Below, in pieces: positions 20,121-29,017 of a stretch of 64,000 nt of DNA. Both the position numbers and the translations under genes were made by a program. The notes beneath the pieces were generated by a model. The model saw only the letters and a program-made list of their open reading frames with translations. It had not been told where the DNA came from and made no database searches. Every line of letters begins with the position of its first letter. Positions within the stretch are counted from its first letter, which is position 1. Source of the DNA: a virus; IMG/VR virus record IMGVR_UViG_3300014325_000010, positions 33,130 to 97,129 of that record; one strand, written 5' to 3'.

Positions 20121-21023
20121 CTATGATGCTTCTATTCGTTCCCAAAATTCCCCAACTATGTTTGACCAATCAAAAGTTGTTCTTACCTCTTCAAATTCTC
20201 TATCTGTGACAGGCAATTCTTTCTTCAGTACTTGTTCAATTGACGCAGTCACCTTCTCCGAACATTCTTCTGGAATAAACACTGCCCACTTATCAAACCA
20301 TTTACGATAGTGTGGTGCGTCAAACATAATTGGACGTGCACCACACATTAGTCCTTCAGCAGCAGGTAATTCAAATCCTTCGTCTCTACGAAGACCAGCT
20401 ACAAATCGAGAACGTGAATAAAGACTTGCCATCTCAAAATCTGGGATATTGAGTTTAGCAGTTGAGTGTGGCCCAATATGAAAATCAGGTCCAACCTGGA
20501 AATGTTTACCTTCGACTCGACGAACAGCTTCTGCACATTCTCGAATACACTCTGCATCAGGCACATAACCTGTAGTCAACATCGTAATGTCACGATCTCG
20601 TTTTCCGTTTCTATTGAATACAGAAGAATCAACACCAAGAGGTGCATAGTAAAATGGGAAATCATATGTTGGAGCAAATTTGGTCAAATCGAGATAGCTC
20701 CAAACTAAATCTGCATTAGTCCAAAGTGGTTTCCAAAAGTCTGGAACCGCTTGTTCTGTGCTCATTAAGCAACACTGCACAATAGCATAGCGCTGATCAT
20801 GTGCCATCTCGTTTTCGATTAACTTATCGATAGGTATATCAGCAAAATTACCAACTCCAACCACAATATGGACAATCAAATCGGCCATCTGTGGGTGTTC
20901 TACAATAGCTATATGTGATGGTGCATGCGCAGCTAAAGCAGTTGAAATTCGTTGTATACTTCTTGCAGGAATATCAGATTTAACGTAAGCTCTTAACATA
21001 ATCCAGCACTCGCCATTAGCCAC
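20121..21023 (-). CDS. Glycosyltransferase-like protein (GT-B C-terminal domain)
   Basis: 300 aa. RRDEGFELPAAEGLMCGARPIMFD is an EX7E-type motif. Confidence 0.55.
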   Translation of the reverse strand: MANGECWIMLRAYVKSDIPARSIQRISTALAAHAPSHIAIVEHPQMADLIVHIVVGVGNFADIPIDKLIENEMAHDQRYAIVQCCLMSTEQAVPDFWKPLWTNADLVWSYLDLTKFAPTYDFPFYYAPLGVDSSVFNRNGKRDRDITMLTTGYVPDAECIRECAEAVRRVEGKHFQVGPDFHIGPHSTAKLNIPDFEMASLYSRSRFVAGLRRDEGFELPAAEGLMCGARPIMFDAPHYRKWFDKWAVFIPEECSEKVTASIEQVLKKELPVTDREFEEVRTTFDWSNIVGEFWERIEAS

Positions 21024-21778
21024 TTCTTAGGATTTTTCTCTTCACTCCACACAAGCGGTTTTGCTGTTTCTCTACCTGCACAAATAGTACAAGCATCTAA
21101 GGGTTTTGCTTGTGTAAGATAAGCATGTAACGCAGATTCCGTTAGCCCATCAATCTTAATACCATCTGTACCAAATTCGCGATTTTGAATAAGCATTGGA
21201 ATATGAGGCCCACAACAACATGTAAAGAAATACCCATAACTGGCACACCTACTAAAATGACGGAAGAAACAACCATCGTATTTGGTTTGTGTTGCTGCTG
21301 GACTAGTTGGAACTGGTTCGAGCATTGTCATGAAATTTGGATTAAGTCTTTCATCTCGAGGTGAGTAGACTACTCCTTCATCTGCACATTTAGCAATAAT
21401 CCATTGAATATCTTGATCTGTCAATTTACCTGGATAGATTGACACAACAAGATGATCAAAAGATTTCCAAAATTCGGGGTATTGCCTCTTTAGCAACATC
21501 CCATTAGTCCATACTTCAGTAATGTCTGCTACCTGTGAATCACGTGCAATTTTAAGAATATCTACTAATTTGGCATTCATTAGGGGTTCACCACCAAGTG
21601 CACCCCATTTATCTGCATGCAAGATAGTTGCCATATGACTGAGATCTTTTTCAACTTGCTTAGGATCTGCAGACCATGGGCCGCGTTCCCGCCATAGTGG
21701 AACACTGTGATTACAACCAATGCAGGATAATTGACAAGCTTGAGTAATATCAGTTTCGAGGTGAGGAATACGTATCAT
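20993..21778 (-). CDS. Radical SAM enzyme with C-terminal Cys cluster (SPASM/twitch-like)
   Basis: 261 aa. CQLSCIGC is a CX3CX2C radical-SAM motif near the N-terminus. Additional Cys-rich C-terminal segment (FFTCCCGPH...CTICAG). Confidence 0.7.
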   Translation of the reverse strand: MIRIPHLETDITQACQLSCIGCNHSVPLWRERGPWSADPKQVEKDLSHMATILHADKWGALGGEPLMNAKLVDILKIARDSQVADITEVWTNGMLLKRQYPEFWKSFDHLVVSIYPGKLTDQDIQWIIAKCADEGVVYSPRDERLNPNFMTMLEPVPTSPAATQTKYDGCFFRHFSRCASYGYFFTCCCGPHIPMLIQNREFGTDGIKIDGLTESALHAYLTQAKPLDACTICAGRETAKPLVWSEEKNPKKWLMASAGLC

Positions 21779-22137
21779 ACACCACTATCCGAACAAAAAG
21801 TCCACATACCGGCGGTAAGATATCCATGAAATTTACAACCATCTAATCTTCGAATAGATGGTTGAAGTGTGGGTTTTTCTCTATTTCCATCCCATTGCCA
21901 ACATCGTTCAAGTTTCTCACCTGTAGCAATAGGTAGGCTCATTAATTCACCACAGCCACAAGGACAGATATAAATAATGGAACTATATGGCCCAATTCCA
22001 TTATCTGCAAAATTATAAGCACCAGGTGTTTCATTATCCCAGATATGGTCTACTTTTGAAGCTTGGACTGGATCAATCATATTAGCTTTCTTTGATTGAA
22101 TGAAACCAACTTCGAATTTTGACCCACCATATTGCAA
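21775..22137 (-). CDS. Cys-rich small protein (zinc-ribbon-like), conserved phage hypothetical
   Basis: 120 aa with ICPCGCGE and CWQWDGNREKPTLQPSIRRLDGCKFHG motifs. Start/stop overlap with the radical SAM gene. Confidence 0.45.
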   Translation of the reverse strand: MQYGGSKFEVGFIQSKKANMIDPVQASKVDHIWDNETPGAYNFADNGIGPYSSIIYICPCGCGELMSLPIATGEKLERCWQWDGNREKPTLQPSIRRLDGCKFHGYLTAGMWTFCSDSGV

Positions 22138-22308
22138 TAAATGCTGGAATTCTAATTCTAATAAAACAAACAGCCTTCAATTTGCCTAATTCCCAAGTTT
22201 CACATAATTCGACAGGCTCTGTTTCAAAAGAGTCACGCCAAAGAAATAAGCTGCCAGTTGGCCAATCATTAGGTTCTTCTAATTCTTTTGTACCATCACG
22301 GTAATATT

Positions 22309-23535
22309 TCATGCACGTACCACTCCAATCCCACCCCAATCACCATGAACTGTAATTTCAATTTTATCCACCATATTAAGATCATGCCAGAAACGAGGCA
22401 CTCCACCAGCTTCAGCTTCCGAGAAGTGGCGAGCATCAGCATTAATATCATGGAAGGCAATAAAGCCTCCGGGTTTGACTATTGTCTTATAAAACGCATA
22501 GTCAGAAGCTACACCTTGATAAGAATGATCTCCATCAATAAAAAGAAAATCTAAGAATTTTCCTGTTAATAATTCCAAGACTTTACACCTTACAGATGTG
22601 TCTTGTGATTTACCGTAAATACTTCTAAAACGAGGGAATCGTTTTTCCAACGCATTTATTTTATCATCAATTCCAATCACGAGACCGCTACAAAGATCAT
22701 GCCATAGGGCACTAGTGCCCCCACGATGGACACCAATTTCTAATACATCCACTGGACTCTGCGCTCGAACTATTTTGGTTAAGGAGCTTATTTCTTTAGA
22801 ATGTTGCTCCATTGGAATATCCGGTGGAAATATACTAGCATTCTGTTTAATCACATCGTAATAATCTGCTCTTTCGAATACGTCTAATTCAGAATCAGGA
22901 GTGACATTAACAATACTCATTCCTTGACGACGAGCATTAAGAAATGATTTTCGCATACGTTCGGGTTGAGGTGGAAAAGATCTTGATCCTTTTGGCCAAT
23001 AATTTTTGTCAAAGTGGTTATCATCTTGACTGCCTGTAATCCATTCAATCTCTTCTTCATTATAAGAATCATCCACTAATGCTTTTCGCATAATATGAGA
23101 CTTATTCCATTTGAAATCATTACCAAGCAAATAGGCAGAACTACAACCCATATAAGCAGCAAGTTGTAGCATCATATACATAACTGTTCCACCAAAATAA
23201 AATGGTGGTTCAATAGAATATTTCTCACAAGCTAGATCACGAACAAAGGGAGTCTTACAATATTCACCTTTAAACGGAATGTCATCTGCTACAAATTTGA
23301 TTGATCCGACAAATTCTTCAAAACCTTTACCCCACTGTTCATAATCGAGGAGGTCCTCCAACGCCCAATACGTTGTAGGAAATCCAAGTTTTTCAAACAG
23401 TAAGTACCCTCGATTACACGAAAAGGTGATCTCCGATTTAAGACCACTCAAGTCCATCGAGGCGAGGCTAGGACCACTTCCTAATAGAAAGCAACGTTGT
23501 CCTAGATGGCGATTGTGAAAATCTGTAATAGTCAT
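22309..23535 (-). CDS. Two-domain protein: Maf/DUF115-like (putative nonulosonic-acid-type glycosyltransferase) N-terminal domain fused to a CmcI-family SAM methyltransferase
   Basis: 408 aa. N-terminal CFLLGSGPSL glycine loop as in DUF115/motility-accessory-factor proteins. C-terminal LEIGVHRGGTSALW...FLFIDGDHSY...GGFIAFHDI matches the CmcI/rhamnosyl-O-methyltransferase class I methyltransferase pattern. Confidence 0.65.
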   Translation of the reverse strand: MTITDFHNRHLGQRCFLLGSGPSLASMDLSGLKSEITFSCNRGYLLFEKLGFPTTYWALEDLLDYEQWGKGFEEFVGSIKFVADDIPFKGEYCKTPFVRDLACEKYSIEPPFYFGGTVMYMMLQLAAYMGCSSAYLLGNDFKWNKSHIMRKALVDDSYNEEEIEWITGSQDDNHFDKNYWPKGSRSFPPQPERMRKSFLNARRQGMSIVNVTPDSELDVFERADYYDVIKQNASIFPPDIPMEQHSKEISSLTKIVRAQSPVDVLEIGVHRGGTSALWHDLCSGLVIGIDDKINALEKRFPRFRSIYGKSQDTSVRCKVLELLTGKFLDFLFIDGDHSYQGVASDYAFYKTIVKPGGFIAFHDINADARHFSEAEAGGVPRFWHDLNMVDKIEITVHGDWGGIGVVRA

Positions 23536-23984
23536 TGGAGCCTTGCAATTGCTTTTTTAACGTGGAAGTCTGTTAAACCAACGTCCCATTTGGTTTTAAT
23601 CAAAGCTTCACGTAAGTTTCCCATGTCACTGTCGTCATCTAGAATAACAAATTTTTCGGCTCCATGCTTGGCTAGCCACTTTTGAATTTCGCTACCTCGT
23701 GGTTCATTGGTAAGAAAGGGTGTTGATCCTATAATACTCCCTCTAACACCAGCTTGTTGTAAAATTTTCTTCACGTTCCAAAATCGTCGCCATGTGGATG
23801 AAATAACAATAACGGAATCTGTCGCGTGTGTGATCTTATTAAGTCTCCTAACCGCCATAGGATCAATCCAAGTTCGGCCAGCTTTTTTGGGCCATCTACG
23901 GATATTATTCATTACGCCATCAATATCTAAAAATACAACTTTCATACACGTGCACCCATCATTGTATAAGCCGCTCGCACACAA
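23532..23984 (-). CDS. HAD-superfamily phosphatase (small, sugar-phosphate phosphatase-like)
   Basis: 150 aa. VVFLDIDGVMNN has the DxDGV HAD motif I. Downstream acidic ILDDDSD is a motif IV candidate. Confidence 0.6.
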   Translation of the reverse strand: MCASGLYNDGCTCMKVVFLDIDGVMNNIRRWPKKAGRTWIDPMAVRRLNKITHATDSVIVISSTWRRFWNVKKILQQAGVRGSIIGSTPFLTNEPRGSEIQKWLAKHGAEKFVILDDDSDMGNLREALIKTKWDVGLTDFHVKKAIARLQ

Positions 23985-25135
23985 AATTCGTCAATTTCAG
24001 CAGGAGTAACAGCTAAATTTGGTCGAAGTCGAACACACTTTTCACCTGTAGGAATCATAATAGTTGCAGATCCCCACATGGCTTCAACAAAATAGTCACG
24101 TTCCGAACGACTTTCAAAATCAATGGCTAGAAGTAAACCCACACGACGACATTTTAATCCTAGACTGATTAATCTTTCTTCGAGGAGCTGACCTTTCGTT
24201 TCCACACTTTGTAAGATTTTTTCTTTTTCGTATACTTCGAGGATTGCTCGACAACGAATCATGTCCATGACATCACCGTCCCAAGTAACTTCAAGACGTG
24301 CTGGATCATCAAAAATCTTACTAAATTGTGTCTTAACCATAATCCCAGATACTTGTGTCTTTTTACCAAAGACTACAATATCTGGTACGATACCAATTCG
24401 TTCAAAATACCACATAGAACCTGTTCCACCAAATCCTGTTTGAATTTCATCAAAGATTAGTGGAATACAATTTTCACTGCACAGCTTACGTAATTCCAGA
24501 ATTAATGCAGTATTAAATACAAGATCTCCAGATGTACATTGAATTGGTTCAATCAGAATACCTGCAATATTACCAGATTTTACATAGGTAGTACATTGTT
24601 TTAGCAAAAGTTCAATATTTTGTGCATTTGGATTAGCCACTTCACAAGAATTGCTAGAGTAAAAACCAGCAAGTCTTTTTGATGCCGGACCAGTTCTAGA
24701 AGCTAGGAATCCACCATACCCATTGATACCATGAAAATTATTTGTGAATATAAGCATTTCGCCATGGTGTCTCAAAATAGCAGTTTTAACCGCTGCTTCA
24801 ATAGCTAATGCTCCGGTACAACAGAAATGAAAATAAGCAAATTCTGCCATTGATGGATGTAATGTAAATGCTGAAATAAATTTTTCAGCTTCCAAACTAT
24901 CCATTTCACAGTTTGCCACCTTCACAGTGGAGTGTAAAAACATCTCATTGATATATTCCACTTTATGGAATATTGGATGATTATAACCAATAGGTAAAGA
25001 AGAATACATACCAAAGAAATCTAAAATCTCTCGCTGTGTATTAACATCATATACATAGGAGCCATGACTTTTAGATAAGTCAGCTTTAATATTGAATTTA
25101 GATGAACGATGAGATTGTTTAATCATGATACACAT
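23942..25135 (-). CDS. PLP-dependent aminotransferase, class III-like
   Basis: 397 aa. IFDEIQTGFGGTGSMW and VVFGKK (candidate Schiff-base Lys) are hallmarks of class III aminotransferases. Confidence 0.7.
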   Translation of the reverse strand: MCIMIKQSHRSSKFNIKADLSKSHGSYVYDVNTQREILDFFGMYSSLPIGYNHPIFHKVEYINEMFLHSTVKVANCEMDSLEAEKFISAFTLHPSMAEFAYFHFCCTGALAIEAAVKTAILRHHGEMLIFTNNFHGINGYGGFLASRTGPASKRLAGFYSSNSCEVANPNAQNIELLLKQCTTYVKSGNIAGILIEPIQCTSGDLVFNTALILELRKLCSENCIPLIFDEIQTGFGGTGSMWYFERIGIVPDIVVFGKKTQVSGIMVKTQFSKIFDDPARLEVTWDGDVMDMIRCRAILEVYEKEKILQSVETKGQLLEERLISLGLKCRRVGLLLAIDFESRSERDYFVEAMWGSATIMIPTGEKCVRLRPNLAVTPAEIDEFCVRAAYTMMGARV

Positions 25136-26195
25136 GTATTACTTTGTCTCGACTAACTGCGAGACGGGTTGCTCGACTATCTCCAGTAACTGTGATTTGA
25201 TGCCATGTACCTCGAGGGATAGAAATGATATCTCCTTTATTTGCGATTATCTTTTTATCTTCAATTACGTACTCATATTGACCTTCGAGAATTAACCACC
25301 ATTCATCCCAGTCTGGATGATAATGACGTCGATTACCTTCTTTTGGTAATTGGCTAATAACTGTCGCCGAATTACTTGGTTTCTGTATTACACGTCTTGC
25401 TCCACCATTTACAGGCAAATCGGCAAGTAGTTGGTCTAGATTAATAGAATTCTGTACTGATAAGTCAATGTCTCCAACACCATCATGATACAATACTTCT
25501 ACCGCGTTAGATTCAGAGTGTTCTGTTGGGGACCAATAGCGATTGATTGCGCGTGATTTACGTCTTTCGAGAATAGCTTCTGCCAGTTCAAAATCTCCCT
25601 GTGTGTCAATGTCTAATGCAGAATCTCCATCTAAAACTAGATGAGAAACTCTACCAGAACTATAACCATAGGTACTTGTAAAATCCTTCCACGCAAAAAT
25701 CCCATTACACATAATGTCTATAGGACGTAGTTGTTGCGATGGTAACATTGGTTTGAATGGATTAAAGTTGGTAGGGGTTCCTTGAATAAAAGCTTCTGCA
25801 TAGAGACGTTTTACTGATAAAACTGTATTAGCACCATCAAGGATTAGATCTCTGGCACGATGTAGATCAATTCGAGAAAGAAATGGGGAGGTTGGTGTGA
25901 TCTGGAATAAAACATCACACGGAACATCTTCTAAAAAACTTGGGATAAAATGTTCACTTGTAGCAGAGTCCACAGCTAATTCTGGTTGACGATGATAAAA
26001 CTTGACACCCAAAGATTTAGCAAGATCTCCTAAGATATCTGCTTCAGAATTAATATAAACCTCATCAAATATTTTAGAATCTCTAGCTGTTTCAACTACC
26101 CAAGAAATTAGAGGTTTATCTCCTAAGAATCGAAGATTCTTAAGTGGAATTCTTGTACTACCAAGACGTGCAGGAATCATAGCCACATATTTCAT
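25119..26195 (-). CDS. CMP-sugar cytidylyltransferase (CTP_transf_3: KdsB/NeuA/PseF-like) fused to a C-terminal cupin domain
   Basis: 358 aa. N-terminal MKYVAMIPARLGSTRIPLKNL is the acylneuraminate/CMP-Kdo cytidylyltransferase signature. C-terminal HYHPDWDEWWLILEGQYEY...GDIISIPRGTWHQI is a cupin two-motif pattern. Confidence 0.7.
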   Translation of the reverse strand: MKYVAMIPARLGSTRIPLKNLRFLGDKPLISWVVETARDSKIFDEVYINSEADILGDLAKSLGVKFYHRQPELAVDSATSEHFIPSFLEDVPCDVLFQITPTSPFLSRIDLHRARDLILDGANTVLSVKRLYAEAFIQGTPTNFNPFKPMLPSQQLRPIDIMCNGIFAWKDFTSTYGYSSGRVSHLVLDGDSALDIDTQGDFELAEAILERRKSRAINRYWSPTEHSESNAVEVLYHDGVGDIDLSVQNSINLDQLLADLPVNGGARRVIQKPSNSATVISQLPKEGNRRHYHPDWDEWWLILEGQYEYVIEDKKIIANKGDIISIPRGTWHQITVTGDSRATRLAVSRDKVIHVYHD

Positions 26196-26839
26196 TCGAG
26201 TACCACCCGACCTTGTTGTGATCCTTCTAGAAAAATTTCGTAACCAGATTTGTAAAGAAGTTCTACCGTTTGAATACGCATTAACTCATGAGTTGGAGGA
26301 TGCCATTCAATAAACAACTTTGGTTTATTCTTTAGTGCTTTAGTCATTCCTTTGAACGCTAAATCCTCAGCTCCCTCGATATCCATTTTTAGAATGTCAA
26401 CTTTAGTGTCTTGTAGAATTTCATCTAGTGTAGTTGTATCAACTGTAAATCGAAAACCTACACTGTGATAACAGCCTTCAAACGAAAGTGATACACCAAC
26501 ATCTGGTTTAATCGCTTCACGTTTTACAGAACTATCAGATACTGCTAATGGGTAAATTTTCACATTTGGATAGGATTTCATCCAATTTTGCAGTAGTTCA
26601 AATCGTATTCGTTCGGGTTCAAAAGCAATTATTTGAATATCAGGTGGGCCATATTTTAATGCAAGACTGATGTAAAATCCGTATTCCGCACCACAATCTA
26701 CATAAACTTTAGCCGTTTTAATTCTATGGATAAATTGAGAAGTAAATGATTCCCATCTAATATTTGATTGTTCACGACCAGTTACCATTGATGAAAGAAT
26801 ATCATCAATAGCTGCTAACCCAAATTCTCGTTCAGTCAT
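26192..26839 (-). CDS. FkbM-family SAM methyltransferase
   Basis: 215 aa. VYVDCGAEYGFY and DILKMDIEGAE motifs. Confidence 0.65.
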   Translation of the reverse strand: MTEREFGLAAIDDILSSMVTGREQSNIRWESFTSQFIHRIKTAKVYVDCGAEYGFYISLALKYGPPDIQIIAFEPERIRFELLQNWMKSYPNVKIYPLAVSDSSVKREAIKPDVGVSLSFEGCYHSVGFRFTVDTTTLDEILQDTKVDILKMDIEGAEDLAFKGMTKALKNKPKLFIEWHPPTHELMRIQTVELLYKSGYEIFLEGSQQGRVVLE

Positions 26840-26842
26840 AAA

Positions 26843-27301
26843 TTACAGTGGTTGCTTAACCCACACCCAATGACCTTCACCAAATCCAACTCGATAGTAA
26901 TTTTGATAATCTGGTGGTTTTACCTTAACACGTTCACCTGTTTCATTAGCTTCTATTAGAGTCCAACCATTAGCATTTAACACAGGTTCGAGGGATAATA
27001 GTGTGTTTTGCCCAAAGGGCATACCGACAGTTATTTGTCGAAACCATGTTTCTGGATTTATTTCTCCTGGCACATAAATTGGAATAGCAGAATTTGCAGA
27101 CGCACCTGCAGTTGATTCAACTTCTGAAGTTTCTGGTTTAGACGATTCTTTTTCCGCTTGTGGTTTAGAAGGCACGATTCCTCCAAAATCTAATTTTGTT
27201 AATTCACCATTTTCTTCAGACCATAACGTGAATGGTGCTTCTTCACTATCTGTCCAAGAAGCAATAGTAACACCATTAGAATTTTTTAACATGATCTTCA
27301 T
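26843..27301 (-). CDS. Hypothetical protein
   Basis: 152-aa ORF within the sugar-gene block. Acidic/Ser-rich middle. Confidence 0.4.
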   Translation of the reverse strand: MKIMLKNSNGVTIASWTDSEEAPFTLWSEENGELTKLDFGGIVPSKPQAEKESSKPETSEVESTAGASANSAIPIYVPGEINPETWFRQITVGMPFGQNTLLSLEPVLNANGWTLIEANETGERVKVKPPDYQNYYRVGFGEGHWVWVKQPL

Positions 27302-27908
27302 CGTAGCTCCTTACCATAAATGAGCAGTAAACCCAGTGTAACATCATCATACTAACATCTTCAGCTAACGCCGGATTATCAGTACCCAACACTATTTTCA
27401 AATGTGCATACTCTGAGACAGATCCTTTATTACCAACAATTGCAACAGATCTCATTCCACGTTCGTTAGCCCGTCGAATAGCCTTGGCTAGATTTTTACT
27501 ACACCCTGAAGCAGATACTGCAATAAAGAGATCATATTCTTTTGCTAAAGCAGATAATTGTATCGCAAACATATCTTCATAACCAAAATCATTTACAGCC
27601 GCTGATAGCATCATACCTGCATTAAGCGAATAAGCTCTATTACAATATCCAGTTTCACGCAAAATATTTAAAGACATCCCTAGTGCAAAATGATCTGCTA
27701 CTGTAGCTCCGCCACCATTTCCAGCAATAAATATTGTATTCTGTTTTTCGTGGGTTTCCTTCACAATTTGCCGAAGTTTTTCGGCATCTGCAGATGGAAA
27801 CCGTTTTGTAATTTCTGCGATAGCAGCAAAATAGTCATCACAGGTTTCGTTAATTACCATTGCTGTAAGGCCTCCCAATCTGGCGTCCACGGAATACCTC
27901 CGTCCCAC
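27276..27908 (-). CDS. SIS-domain sugar-phosphate isomerase (GmhA/KdsD-like)
   Basis: 210 aa. IFIAGNGGGATVADHFALGM and DLFIAVSASGCS match phosphoheptose-isomerase-type SIS motifs. Confidence 0.7.
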   Translation of the reverse strand: MGRRYSVDARLGGLTAMVINETCDDYFAAIAEITKRFPSADAEKLRQIVKETHEKQNTIFIAGNGGGATVADHFALGMSLNILRETGYCNRAYSLNAGMMLSAAVNDFGYEDMFAIQLSALAKEYDLFIAVSASGCSKNLAKAIRRANERGMRSVAIVGNKGSVSEYAHLKIVLGTDNPALAEDVSMMMLHWVYCSFMVRSYDEDHVKKF

Positions 27909-28567
27909 GGTGCTACTAATTTTACCATATGACCTTTATAAGCATCTTCTGGTAATGAAAACGGTTTCATATTCCCGGTACCATATCCTGGGCTGTAATT
28001 GTCATACACAGCAGCAATAGCACTTCTGGTTTCATAATCCTTAATCACAAATTTGTGATGTTCAATAGTAACCGGTGCTCGTTCACCACCTCCAAAAGGA
28101 GATCCAGCGTGAACACCAAAACGGTCACCAGATTTTGCTTTAATTGACAAACGGGTTTGATAATCTGGGAATAATTGTGGAGTCATAAGCACGGACTTAC
28201 AATGATCCCACATATGCGCTCGAGGAAATTCCCAATGATCCTGTTCTAGCCAACAATTATTAATTAGCCATTTTTCCATTGCAGGAGAAAGAGCCTCGTC
28301 ATCATCTATTCGCAGAATATAGTCTCCCTCACAATAAGCTAACGCTGAATTTAGGGAACTTTCAAGATATCCCTTAGATTTAACACATGCTATTTTCAGA
28401 TCAGCATTTGGTATATTAAGGGAGACTGCTTGATCAAATGCCATCGTTCCATCAGTGATCAAGACAAATTCTGTTGACTCTAATTTATCTGCTAATTGAG
28501 CAAGTTTTAAAATGAATGGTCTTGCACACCATTCCATTTTAGATATGCACAGAATGCTTAATTTCAT
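27854..28567 (-). CDS. Glycosyltransferase, GT-A fold (GT2-like)
   Basis: 237 aa. N-terminal Rossmann-like segment and DxD-type YILRIDDDE. Confidence 0.55.
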   Translation of the reverse strand: MKLSILCISKMEWCARPFILKLAQLADKLESTEFVLITDGTMAFDQAVSLNIPNADLKIACVKSKGYLESSLNSALAYCEGDYILRIDDDEALSPAMEKWLINNCWLEQDHWEFPRAHMWDHCKSVLMTPQLFPDYQTRLSIKAKSGDRFGVHAGSPFGGGERAPVTIEHHKFVIKDYETRSAIAAVYDNYSPGYGTGNMKPFSLPEDAYKGHMVKLVAPWDGGIPWTPDWEALQQW

Positions 28568-28648
28568 TTCTTATCTCATATGGTATTACGGTTATTCTAC
28601 CTCAAAATAGATACGAAAACCCGCCCGATGATAAATATCCTGAAGCAA

Positions 28649-29017
28649 TTACGGAGCAGTTGCCTTCTGTGTTATAAAATTTCCCCAAGCAAGAACTGTT
28701 TCACTGCCGTCATCCATTCGTTTCCAGCTATGTCGATAAGTCCCTGCTTTGAATTTATTCATATCCTCATCAGTAACAACGACGATTGCCCGTTGTGTAT
28801 TTGCACTGCGAGTTGCACTGTAAGTACCAGTGATTGTTGGAGTAAAACTTAAAATTGGTGGTGAAGGTGAAGCATCTAATTTACGTACATCAAATCTGAG
28901 TACCCACCCCGTCATATTGATAGGCACTAAATTTAAATCAATAAGTTCCAATCGAAACGTCTTATCTTCTCCAACAAACAGAACTCCATCTCCGCCAATA
29001 GGTGCATCTAGAGCCAT
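28649..29017 (-). CDS. Hypothetical protein, translationally coupled to the giant repeat protein
   Basis: 122 aa. Start codon overlaps the stop of 29017-33588. Confidence 0.45.
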   Translation of the reverse strand: MALDAPIGGDGVLFVGEDKTFRLELIDLNLVPINMTGWVLRFDVRKLDASPSPPILSFTPTITGTYSATRSANTQRAIVVVTDEDMNKFKAGTYRHSWKRMDDGSETVLAWGNFITQKATAP

